This document shows positions 47,141 through 54,710 of a DNA stretch of 64,000 nucleotides, in pieces. Each line of letters opens with the position of its first letter. Position 1 is the first letter of the stretch. Both the position numbers and the translations under genes were made by a program. Below the pieces are notes generated by a model, which was given only the letters and a program-made list of their open reading frames with translations, did no database searches and was not told where the DNA came from. Source of the DNA: Myxococcota bacterium (lineage in GTDB: Bacteria > Myxococcota_A > UBA9160 > UBA4427); NCBI GenBank assembly GCA_041690055.1, contig JBDNFB010000084.1:28086-92085 (forward strand), read 5' to 3'.

Positions 47141-48138
47141 GGCACAGGTTCCGCGAACATCGCGATCGGCGATCCGGGCGCAGACAAACGCGCCGCGATC
47201 TCCGCCGCATCCGCTGCAGAAGGAACACGTCCTTCCACCGCGGTCGGGGTGAGTGCCAAACGATAGACCCCAAGGCCCGAAGGGCCAGAGACAATTTCAA
47301 GCCCGTCAGCGCGAAGCGTATTGGAAATATCAAGCGCCGAAACGGAGTCCAAGAAGACCACATCGATCTGCGGAGCGACAACGCCCGCAAGCGACGTATC
47401 GGGTCGGGCCGAAGCCAGCGCATAGCGCCCCGGTGCGGTCTCGCCTTGCAGTGAAGTAGCTTGCAGTGAAGTAGAGAGAAGCGATCCGCCGAGGCCGCCC
47501 ATCAAGAACAGAGCGAGCGCAGCCGCCGCTGCCCAAATGGCTTTGCGAGCCCAAGGGCCCTCAACGACATTGTCTTCTTTCGAAACCTGACCGGATACCT
47601 GTCGGGAAACCGGTCGGGAAACCAAAGTCGCCTCGTGCCCGGACTCCCGCTTGAAGGAAGCGGGCCTGACGTCCACAGGTGTCGGTGTCTGCCCGTTCGC
47701 GAATTCAGGAAAGAGCCCGGCCGTGAATCCCTCTTGTTCTTCGAGGGATCGTGCTTCTTCATCTTCAGCATGATCGTCCGCATGCGGATCGAGGACCCAG
47801 CTTTCAATCGTCTCCAGATCATCCACGCTCAGAACACGCGCGCGGTCGATCGGGATCACCGAGCCACCGGCGTCGGCTCGCTCTTCGATGCGCTGCGTGA
47901 TTTCTTCGAACATGCGACCCGGATCAGGCAGTTCGAAGTCGACTTCGAAGGGTGCCCCCGAGACCATATCGAGTTCCGTTCGGCATTCGGCGCATTCCGC
48001 CGCATGCGCTTCAACGATGCCCATTTGCTGTTCGGTCAGGCCGCCCTCGGAATACCAAGGGATCCAACCGAGTACGGCTTCGGGGCATCGAATTTGTCTG
48101 GCTTCTCGGGTCACTTCAGGTTCCCTCTCCGGTCGCAT
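47137..48138 (-). CDS. anti-sigma factor, zinc-binding (zf-HC2/ZAS) type, single-pass membrane protein
   Basis: 333 aa with the H-x3-C-x2-C motif HAAECAEC near the N-terminus. It has one TM (AIWAAAAALALFLMGGLGGSLL) and an extracytoplasmic domain of about 100 aa. It overlaps the upstream ECF sigma gene by 23 nt. Confidence 0.7.
   Translation of the reverse strand: MRPEREPEVTREARQIRCPEAVLGWIPWYSEGGLTEQQMGIVEAHAAECAECRTELDMVSGAPFEVDFELPDPGRMFEEITQRIEERADAGGSVIPIDRARVLSVDDLETIESWVLDPHADDHAEDEEARSLEEQEGFTAGLFPEFANGQTPTPVDVRPASFKRESGHEATLVSRPVSRQVSGQVSKEDNVVEGPWARKAIWAAAAALALFLMGGLGGSLLSTSLQATSLQGETAPGRYALASARPDTSLAGVVAPQIDVVFLDSVSALDISNTLRADGLEIVSGPSGLGVYRLALTPTAVEGRVPSAADAAEIAARLSAPGSPIAMFAEPVP
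47445..47474. repeat. perfect 15-bp in-frame tandem duplication in the anti-sigma gene
   Basis: CTTGCAGTGAAGTAG occurs twice and encodes (minus strand) TSLQA TSLQG, just outside the TM helix. Confidence 0.9.
47601..47624. repeat. 12-bp in-frame tandem duplication in the anti-sigma gene
   Basis: GTCGGGAAACCG is followed by GTCGGGAAACCA, encoding part of VSRPVSRQVSGQVS on the cytoplasmic side of the TM helix. Confidence 0.8.
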
Positions 48139-48703
48139 GTCCCAACATGCGTCTCAGCCCGCGGCGTGCACGCGAAACTCGGGTCTTCACCGTGTCTCGT
48201 GAAACGTTCTGGCGTGCTGCGACTTCATCCAATCCGAGACCGTCAAAGACGGTCAACTCGAGCGCTTCCCTTTGATCTCCAGGAAGGCGTTGCATGACGG
48301 CGGCTACGCGCTGAAGCGTTTGCCGCCCTTCAAACTGAGTTCCCGTCAGATTGTGATCGGGGACTTGAGAAATCACATCATCGTCGGTCGAAATGACGCG
48401 TGATCGTTTTAGGCGAGAGCGAGAGCGGATTGCTTCGAGACTCTTGAAGCGCGCGATACCGAATATCCAAGAAGAAATTTTTGATTCCCCTCGAAAACTC
48501 GCTGCACCGGACCACACTTCCAGAAACACGTCGCTCGTCACTTCTCTCGCCAACTCCTGGTCGTCGACTCTTCTTTGTATAAAGACGAAAACACGCGGAT
48601 AGTAACGATCAAAAAGCGTTCGAAATGCATCGCGGTCCTGCGCTTCGGCAACCGCTTTCAGCAGGCCATCGTCTTCACTCTGCCAGTCCGACTTTTCTTC
48701 CAT
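48116..48703 (-). CDS. RNA polymerase ECF sigma factor
   Basis: The ORF opens at 48868. The ATG at 48703 gives MEEKSDW... (195 aa). Region 2 reads REVTSDVFLEVW and region 4 is an HTH, LGLDEVAARQNVSRDTVKTRVSRARRGL. Confidence 0.85.
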   Translation of the reverse strand: MEEKSDWQSEDDGLLKAVAEAQDRDAFRTLFDRYYPRVFVFIQRRVDDQELAREVTSDVFLEVWSGAASFRGESKISSWIFGIARFKSLEAIRSRSRLKRSRVISTDDDVISQVPDHNLTGTQFEGRQTLQRVAAVMQRLPGDQREALELTVFDGLGLDEVAARQNVSRDTVKTRVSRARRGLRRMLGHATGEGT

Positions 48704-48883
48704 CGGCTCGCTTTCTATGAGTGGTCGCAGGCGCAGGTCCGGGGCCGAAAATGGTCCGCCGGATGGAAAAAACATCAGCGGGAGGAGCGAGTTGCGCACG
48801 CGCCGCCGGACATTAGACCGGTCGGGGCCCAGGAATCTCGCGAAATGGCAAATTTGTCCGTCAATCAACGACGTCGTCGAGGA

Positions 48884-49273
48884 TCAATGCGAGGATTTAG
48901 CCCCTGTACCGCCCGGGCGGCCCCCGGGGGTGATCGGCGGATTGACCCGATCTCTACTTCCGCGACATCCGGCACCTGGCTCATCGCAGGAACCTGGACG
49001 AGTGGATGCCGAGGCGATTGGCGGAGGCTGGCTGGGCGGCGGCGCTGGGGCAGCGACGCTCAGCGGATTCAATAGTGCCGCAATCGGCCCAACGACCGAG
49101 AAACTCGAATCCGAATCAGCCGCGCCGACCGCTTCTCGCGGCTCCGCACACGGCCCCGGCGGTGCCAATTTGGCTCGGCTCGCGCCGTCCGCAGCGGCCT
49201 GACCCGCAAGGCCAACACCGGCGATCGCGGCAAGGAGCATGGCTCCGAAGAAAGAGGAGTTCCGTCGCTTCAT
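48884..49273 (-). CDS. small secreted Pro/Ala/Gly-rich hypothetical protein with 3 Cys
   Basis: The ATG at 49273 is preceded by an AGGA Shine-Dalgarno (gttAGGAtaaaaaagATG). The signal peptide is MKRRNSSFFGAMLLAAIAGVGLAGQAAA/DG, and the mature part of about 100 aa is low complexity. Third-position GC is similar to that of neighbouring genes. I recognised no family. Confidence 0.5.
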   Translation of the reverse strand: MKRRNSSFFGAMLLAAIAGVGLAGQAAADGASRAKLAPPGPCAEPREAVGAADSDSSFSVVGPIAALLNPLSVAAPAPPPSQPPPIASASTRPGSCDEPGAGCRGSRDRVNPPITPGGRPGGTGAKSSH

Positions 49274-49429
49274 CTTTTTTATCCTAACTGATTGCACCGG
49301 GTTCGTAGCCGCCAAGCCGCGTTTCGTGATGTGAGAATTCGGAATTGCCGGTCACACGCGCAGAGTTGCCGGTCCGGACTCGGGCGGCGAGCAGTCTCGG
49401 ACGGGCGATGGGACATTGCGCCGCGGGAG

Positions 49430-51385
49430 CTAGCCGCCGAAGCCCACGCGGACAGAGAAACCGAAAAGATCGCGGTCGTACTCAAAGACATCCGAGGTCG
49501 AGAAGACTTCCGTTCTACTCCACCGTGCCCGGACCAGAACATTCTCACCGAATGCGCGCTCGAGTACGACGCGAACGCCGACCTCTTGCTCGCGGCGATT
49601 GCGCGGGTCGAGTTCGTAGGGCGTCCCGAGGACGGGAGGAATCGGATCAGGGTCAGGAAAACTCGACCGATTATCATAGGGCACGAACGCATAACGTCCT
49701 GTCGCACGAAATTGAATGGCGAAGGGGAGTTCGACTCCGAAGCCGATCTGGGCCTGATGGCGCTGGTTGTCGTACTCGCTGCCTTCTGACCAATAGCGGG
49801 AGTAGAGGTACTCGCCCTCGACGTAGGGCTTCGAGAAATATTCGAAGTCGAGAAATTTGAGCGGTTCGCGATGAAGCAAGCTTGCGCGCCATCCGACGCC
49901 GTCGCGATCGGTTTCGTTCAGTTCGTTGACGCCGGCAGGGCTACACACCACCGTACAGTCTATGCTGCCTATGTCCGGCACGTCCTCCCGTTCATAACGG
50001 TAGTCATCGAAACCTAACGAGGTCCCGATAAGCGTATACCCGCCCGAGTCCCACGGTTTGTAAACCAACGCCGTACCCAACTGGCTCACGACGAAGGGGT
50101 CGCCGCCGATCCAGGCCGCATCCACATCGTATTGCAGGCGCAAAGATGTATCCGCGAAGCGGAGTTCGCGATCGACCCAAAGCGTCCCTCCCGGCGCCTG
50201 GGCGTCGAATTCGTCGAGTTCGTCGTGTGCGGATCCGCCGTAGCGAACGGTCGCACCGCCGCTCCAGCCCTTCCAATCGAAGAGTCGAGCCCCGGCATCA
50301 AAGAACCAAAATCCGCGATGATCACTTTCATTAGAGATCTCTTCGGGCAGCCCGACGCCGCGGCCGCGCAAGAGCGCATTGCCATCGTATTCGTATCCGA
50401 GTTCAACGGATGCCCACCACTCTATATCCGAATCGGAATTCAGTTGATCGATCGCGCGCTGTGCTTCCGGGGCCCAAGGACTCTCCGGGTAATCGTTGGT
50501 GATCCGCGCGAAGGTGGACACAGCCTTTTCACGCTCATCGTTTTGGCCGAGTGCGCGCCCAAGAAAGAAAGTCGCCATCGGCTCGACCGGCCTATCCGAA
50601 AGTTGCGAAGCCGCATCAAGCCGACCGATCGCTGTCCCGTAATCTGCCTGCTCGTAAGCGATCAGTCCGGAATAGAGCAGAAACTGCGGGCGATTCGATT
50701 CAGTGACCGCAACGCGCGTAATTGCATCTTCCGCAGCATCCCAATCGCCGCGGTGGAAATAGGCCATCGCCAAATGTAGATCGAGACCGGGTTGACTCGC
50801 ATCCAACGACCGCGCCGCCTCGAGCGCGCCCACAGCGAGTCCAAACTGCTGCAACCGGATCGCGCATTCGCCCGTGAACCGTTCCGCATCCGCATCCTGC
50901 GGCGTTTCCGTCCGCAGGGGACTCAGCGTCTCGATCGCCGCCTCGCAGCGTCCCTCCTGTGCGAGCGAAAGCCCAAGGGCGCGGACCTCCGCCGCTTCCT
51001 GAGAAAACGCCGCGCTAGCGCAGAGCAACACGCCGGCGAGCGTCAGGGCGACGAAGACGACACGGGCACCGCGAGCTCCGCGAGCAGAGCCAAATGCGGA
51101 GATGGAATGGCACGCAGAAACACGGAGCGAAGGGGGGGGCGCCGACCTGCTTCCGCACTCGAGAGGAGAGATTTGCGATGGGCAGTTCGCTGGAAGACAC
51201 GGCGCTTTTCCTGCCGAAACCGAGGGCGCGATTTCGACGATTCGAGGAAATGCGGAGGGTACAACGCACGGGCGCGATGCAACAGAAACAGAACGCGGCG
51301 CCTGCGGCCCTGCGCGGCCGAGCCGACTACACTTCGCCATGACCCACCGTCCATTCGGGCGTGCGATCGAGGAAGGCCGATTCAC
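49430..51385 (-). CDS. outer-membrane protein: N-terminal TPR domain plus C-terminal beta-barrel (Slam/DUF560- or YaiO/PgaA-like architecture)
   Basis: A signal-peptide-like segment (RVVFVALTLAGVLLCASAAFSQEA) is encoded near 51000-51070. About 200 aa of TPR-like helices follow. The last roughly 320 aa show alternating hydrophobic/aromatic beta-strand periodicity ending ...YDRDLFGFSVRVGFGG. The start is unresolved: the only in-frame ATG/GTG/TTG codons lie 100 or more codons upstream (51340, 51385), in non-protein-like sequence. Confidence 0.6.
   Translation of the reverse strand: MNRPSSIARPNGRWVMAKCSRLGRAGPQAPRSVSVASRPCVVPSAFPRIVEIAPSVSAGKAPCLPANCPSQISPLECGSRSAPPPSLRVSACHSISAFGSARGARGARVVFVALTLAGVLLCASAAFSQEAAEVRALGLSLAQEGRCEAAIETLSPLRTETPQDADAERFTGECAIRLQQFGLAVGALEAARSLDASQPGLDLHLAMAYFHRGDWDAAEDAITRVAVTESNRPQFLLYSGLIAYEQADYGTAIGRLDAASQLSDRPVEPMATFFLGRALGQNDEREKAVSTFARITNDYPESPWAPEAQRAIDQLNSDSDIEWWASVELGYEYDGNALLRGRGVGLPEEISNESDHRGFWFFDAGARLFDWKGWSGGATVRYGGSAHDELDEFDAQAPGGTLWVDRELRFADTSLRLQYDVDAAWIGGDPFVVSQLGTALVYKPWDSGGYTLIGTSLGFDDYRYEREDVPDIGSIDCTVVCSPAGVNELNETDRDGVGWRASLLHREPLKFLDFEYFSKPYVEGEYLYSRYWSEGSEYDNQRHQAQIGFGVELPFAIQFRATGRYAFVPYDNRSSFPDPDPIPPVLGTPYELDPRNRREQEVGVRVVLERAFGENVLVRARWSRTEVFSTSDVFEYDRDLFGFSVRVGFGG
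51132..51139. repeat. homopolymeric G8 (C8 on the minus strand) tract in the unresolved 5' region of the OMP gene
   Basis: aGGGGGGGGc is read directly at 51131-51140, about 60 nt upstream (minus-strand sense) of the signal-peptide coding segment. Confidence 0.9.
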
Positions 51386-51509
51386 CCAGTACCGCGTAGA
51401 CCCTCATAGATCTGCACAGACCAGAATAGATCCGAACAACCCAATCGATCCAAACGACCCACGCGGAGGCCCTCAGCCCGCAATCGGTCGCGTTGAAAGA
51501 GCCGCGCGT

Positions 51510-52505
51510 ATGTCCAACGATTTTCCCCATCCGCAAGATCAATATCCGGTCCTCTATCTGAAGGACACCGATTTAGATCTGCCCGCGCATGTCGCGACCA
51601 AAGATCTTCGGTACACGAATTTCAAGCTGATCGCGAAGGGCGGAAAATGCCTGATCCAGTCCTGCAAGGACTACTACTTAAGCCGCGTCATTGCGCATAA
51701 AAGTCTCCGGAAGGAAATTGCCGACGATCCATTCGAGCAAAAGCGCCTGCTTCGCGAAGCCCGCGTCACGGCCATGCTCCAGCATCCGAACACAATTCCG
51801 ACCTACGAGCTTTCCCGCGACAATAGGGGGCATCTCTTCTTCACCATGAAACTCGTCGAAGGCTACACCCTTCGCGAGGTCCTCGATCTCGCCGTCAAAG
51901 AAGGCACGCAGGCCGTCGATGGCTACGGTTTCCACCGCATGGTCACGATCCTGATTCAGATTGCGAATGCGCTCGACTATGCACATACGCATGGCGTCGT
52001 TCATCGCGACATCAAGCCTGCGAATATCCTGATGGGCCCCTTCGGCGAGGTCATGCTCCTCGACTGGGGCCTCGCAAAGGTCTGGGACGAGGAGCGCGAA
52101 GACGTCTCCAACCAGCCTCTCCTCACCGACATCGACAATTCCTTGACAGCTCAGGGCAGACTCCAAGGCACCGCCTACTACATGTCGCCCGAGCAGGTCG
52201 AAGGAGCGCGGAGCCTCGACCATCGTTCCGACATCTACAGCATGGGCGCCACGCTCTATGAAATCCTGGCGGGTCGCACGACCGTCGTCGGAGACAAGGT
52301 CCAGGACCTCCTCGACCAGGTCAAAAATGTGACTCCTCCGCGCCCCTCCGAAGTCGCGCCCGAGCGCGACATTCCGCCGCAGCTTGAAGACATTTGCATG
52401 CGCTGCATAGACAAAGATCCAGACGCGCGGATCCAGAATGCTCGCCGCCTGGTCGCCGAGCTTCGTTCATGGCGCTTGCGCTGGGCCGCCGAGTCTTCGA
52501 AATAG
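51510..52505 (+). CDS. Ser/Thr protein kinase (Hanks-type), kinase domain only
   Basis: The ORF opens at 51102. ATG 51510 was chosen, and an in-frame ATG at 51339 is also possible. It carries HRDIKPANIL (catalytic loop), LLDWGLAK (DWG instead of DFG), YMSPEQ (APE-like), and VIAHK for the VAIK lysine. Confidence 0.85.
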   Translation: MSNDFPHPQDQYPVLYLKDTDLDLPAHVATKDLRYTNFKLIAKGGKCLIQSCKDYYLSRVIAHKSLRKEIADDPFEQKRLLREARVTAMLQHPNTIPTYELSRDNRGHLFFTMKLVEGYTLREVLDLAVKEGTQAVDGYGFHRMVTILIQIANALDYAHTHGVVHRDIKPANILMGPFGEVMLLDWGLAKVWDEEREDVSNQPLLTDIDNSLTAQGRLQGTAYYMSPEQVEGARSLDHRSDIYSMGATLYEILAGRTTVVGDKVQDLLDQVKNVTPPRPSEVAPERDIPPQLEDICMRCIDKDPDARIQNARRLVAELRSWRLRWAAESSK

Positions 52506-52550
52506 TTCGACGCAGATCTGTTAGGCGGGTCTGCGGCCCTTCGCTTCAGC

Positions 52551-53291
52551 TCAAGTGACGGACTGCCCACCATCGACGCAGATCGTTTGGCCGGTGATGA
52601 ATTTTGCACCGGGGCTCGCCAGGAACAGGTACATCGGCGCAATATCGTCGGGCAAACCCCATCGCTTCATAGGCGTCCGCTCGATTTCCGGCTCCTCGAA
52701 GGGCGTCCCAACCATCACAGAAGTCATATTGCTCTTCACAAGACCCGGCGCGACCGCGTTCACGCGAATCCCCTCCGCGGCCCAGGCGGCGGCCATATTC
52801 TGCGTCATCTGGACAACGGCTGCCTTTGCCGCACCGTATCCCGGAACGACCGTCACGGCGCGGAAGGCCGACATGCTCGACATATTGAGCACGCTTCCGC
52901 CGCCCTCGATCTCGCTCGCCGCAATACGATCCTTGAATGCCACGGCGAGCCGGAACGAGCCGAAAAGATGCAAGCTGATGGCGCGCTCGAACACCTCGGG
53001 CTTCCACTCGTCTTCCGCCATCAAGGACGCTCCGGCGTTATTCACGAGGATATCCATCCGCGGAAAAGATGCGGCCATCGCTTCAAGACCTTCGGCGTCC
53101 GTCATCTCCGCCTGCCGATAATCGAGACCCGTCAAATCAGAATCGTACTCAGAAGCGCTGCCCCGACGACCCGTGATCGCCACCTCGGCCCCCGCCTCCG
53201 CGAAAGCCCGGGCGATCCCGTTCCCAATCCCGCTCGACCCGCCGGTGACCAGAACTCGTGCTCCACCGAAATCAAAATTGACTGCCGCCAT
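52551..53291 (-). CDS. SDR family oxidoreductase (3-oxoacyl-ACP reductase-like)
   Basis: 246 aa with VLVTGGSSGIGNGIA (TGxxxGIG), NNAG and YGAAKAAV (YxxxK). Confidence 0.85.
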   Translation of the reverse strand: MAAVNFDFGGARVLVTGGSSGIGNGIARAFAEAGAEVAITGRRGSASEYDSDLTGLDYRQAEMTDAEGLEAMAASFPRMDILVNNAGASLMAEDEWKPEVFERAISLHLFGSFRLAVAFKDRIAASEIEGGGSVLNMSSMSAFRAVTVVPGYGAAKAAVVQMTQNMAAAWAAEGIRVNAVAPGLVKSNMTSVMVGTPFEEPEIERTPMKRWGLPDDIAPMYLFLASPGAKFITGQTICVDGGQSVT

Positions 53292-53338
53292 CTCTTTCCT
53301 CGCTCTCTCGTGAATCGAATCAAATCTTCAGGTCGCAC

Positions 53339-54502
53339 CTAACGCGGAAGGCCGGAAAGCCCCGCCTTCCGGAAAGCCTGATCCAGGTCGGCCAGAAGAT
53401 CGTCGACATGCTCCACTCCAACCGACAGCCGCACAAGCCCATCAAAAATGCCGACGCTCTCGCGATCGGCCTGCGGAATACTCGCATGGGTCATCGATGC
53501 CGGATGGTCCACCAAGGACTCAACCCCACCGAGACTCTCCGCCAGCGTAAAGAGATCGAGACCCGACACGAAGTCTTTCGTCGTCTCCAAATCCGCATCG
53601 AGTTCAAAGGTCACGATGCCAGAGCCACCCCGCATCTGCTTCTTCGCAAGCTCGTAGTGAGGGTGCGAGGGAAGGAAGGGATGTCGCGCCCACTTGATAT
53701 CGCCGGAGCGCTCCAGATGATCCGCAATCGAGAGCGCGTTTTCGTGATGCTTCTCCATCCGCAGGGCGAGCGTCTTAACACCTCGGGCAATGAGCCAAGT
53801 ATCAAAAGGAGACGGGTTCAGTCCCACGGCCTTCTGAGCAAAGACCATCTTGTCGTGCCAACTCTCGTCATTCGTCACAACGACGCCACCCAGGCAATCC
53901 GAATGCCCGTTGACGTACTTCGTCGTGCTCGACAGCGACAGCGTTGCGCCTAACTCGAGCGGGCGCTGAAAATAGGGCGAGGCGAAGGTGTTATCGACCA
54001 GAACGGGCACATCCACATTCTCCGCCAGCGCCGAGATCGCTTGGATGTCGAGAATTTTGAGCATCGGATTTGTCGGCGACTCCAGCCAGATCAAGGCCGG
54101 CTCGGCCTCTGCGATCACGTCCCAATTCGCTGAGTCAGCAAAGTCGACATATTGCACCTTCAAGCCAAACTTTTCGAAGACCTGCGCGAAAATTCGAAAA
54201 GTACAGCCGTAGACATTTTCTTCGGCGAGCACAGTATCACCGGAGGAAAGGGTGGAAAGAACGGCCGTGATAGCCGCCATGCCACTGCCGAAGACGGTTG
54301 CAAAGCGGCCGCCTTCGAGGGAGGCGAGCGTCGTGCCAAGCCGTGTGAAATTCGGATTCCCCGATCGCGTGTAGTCATAGCCAAGCGTCTCACCTGGCCG
54401 AACCTGCGCAAAGGTCGACGTCGCATAGAGAGGTGGGATCACCGCGCCGGTTGTGGCATCCGGCTCTTGCCCCACGTGAATGGCGCGCGTTTCAAATTTC
54501 AT
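53339..54502 (-). CDS. Cys/Met-metabolism PLP-dependent enzyme (cystathionine gamma-synthase / beta-lyase / gamma-lyase family)
   Basis: 387 aa. It begins MKFETRAIHVGQEPD, has the PLP-lysine context SSTKYVNGHSD, and has ESLGGVESL near the C-terminus. Confidence 0.9.
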   Translation of the reverse strand: MKFETRAIHVGQEPDATTGAVIPPLYATSTFAQVRPGETLGYDYTRSGNPNFTRLGTTLASLEGGRFATVFGSGMAAITAVLSTLSSGDTVLAEENVYGCTFRIFAQVFEKFGLKVQYVDFADSANWDVIAEAEPALIWLESPTNPMLKILDIQAISALAENVDVPVLVDNTFASPYFQRPLELGATLSLSSTTKYVNGHSDCLGGVVVTNDESWHDKMVFAQKAVGLNPSPFDTWLIARGVKTLALRMEKHHENALSIADHLERSGDIKWARHPFLPSHPHYELAKKQMRGGSGIVTFELDADLETTKDFVSGLDLFTLAESLGGVESLVDHPASMTHASIPQADRESVGIFDGLVRLSVGVEHVDDLLADLDQAFRKAGLSGLPR

Positions 54503-54710
54503 CAGAAGCTCCCGGTACCCGAGTACCCATCCTCAGTCCGGCCTATTCCCGACCGGTGTCGGCACCATAGCGAAGTGGAGCCCTCTCCTCGGAGAATCTC
54601 CCCACCCGCCTTCCACTCTTTACCGGAGACGGTTCCAAAGAAGCGATGCAATTCAATTGAATCGCCCCAGATCTGCTCCCGCAAGCTCCGAGGGCGGTCG
54701 ATGCCCATGC

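Noticed and set aside
51094-51342. 82-aa basic ORF in the kinase/OMP divergent region
   Set aside because: It has no Shine-Dalgarno and a highly basic, low-complexity translation, and it overlaps the open frame of the OMP gene. I treat it as non-coding. The region itself is reported as a finding.
54503-54710. Possible SAM (S-box) riboswitch in the 208-bp leader of the trans-sulfuration PLP enzyme gene
   Set aside because: On the minus strand, CUCCGGUA followed by AAGAG can pair (8 bp with one bulge) with UACCGGGAG, which covers the Shine-Dalgarno, and internal hairpins exist. The conserved SAM-I core (GAGGGA...GGCCC, GCAACC, GGUGCUAA.UCC) is absent, and I saw no SAM-II-like AAAGCU element. 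One 8-bp pairing in GC-rich sequence is expected by chance. An Rfam or Infernal scan would settle it.
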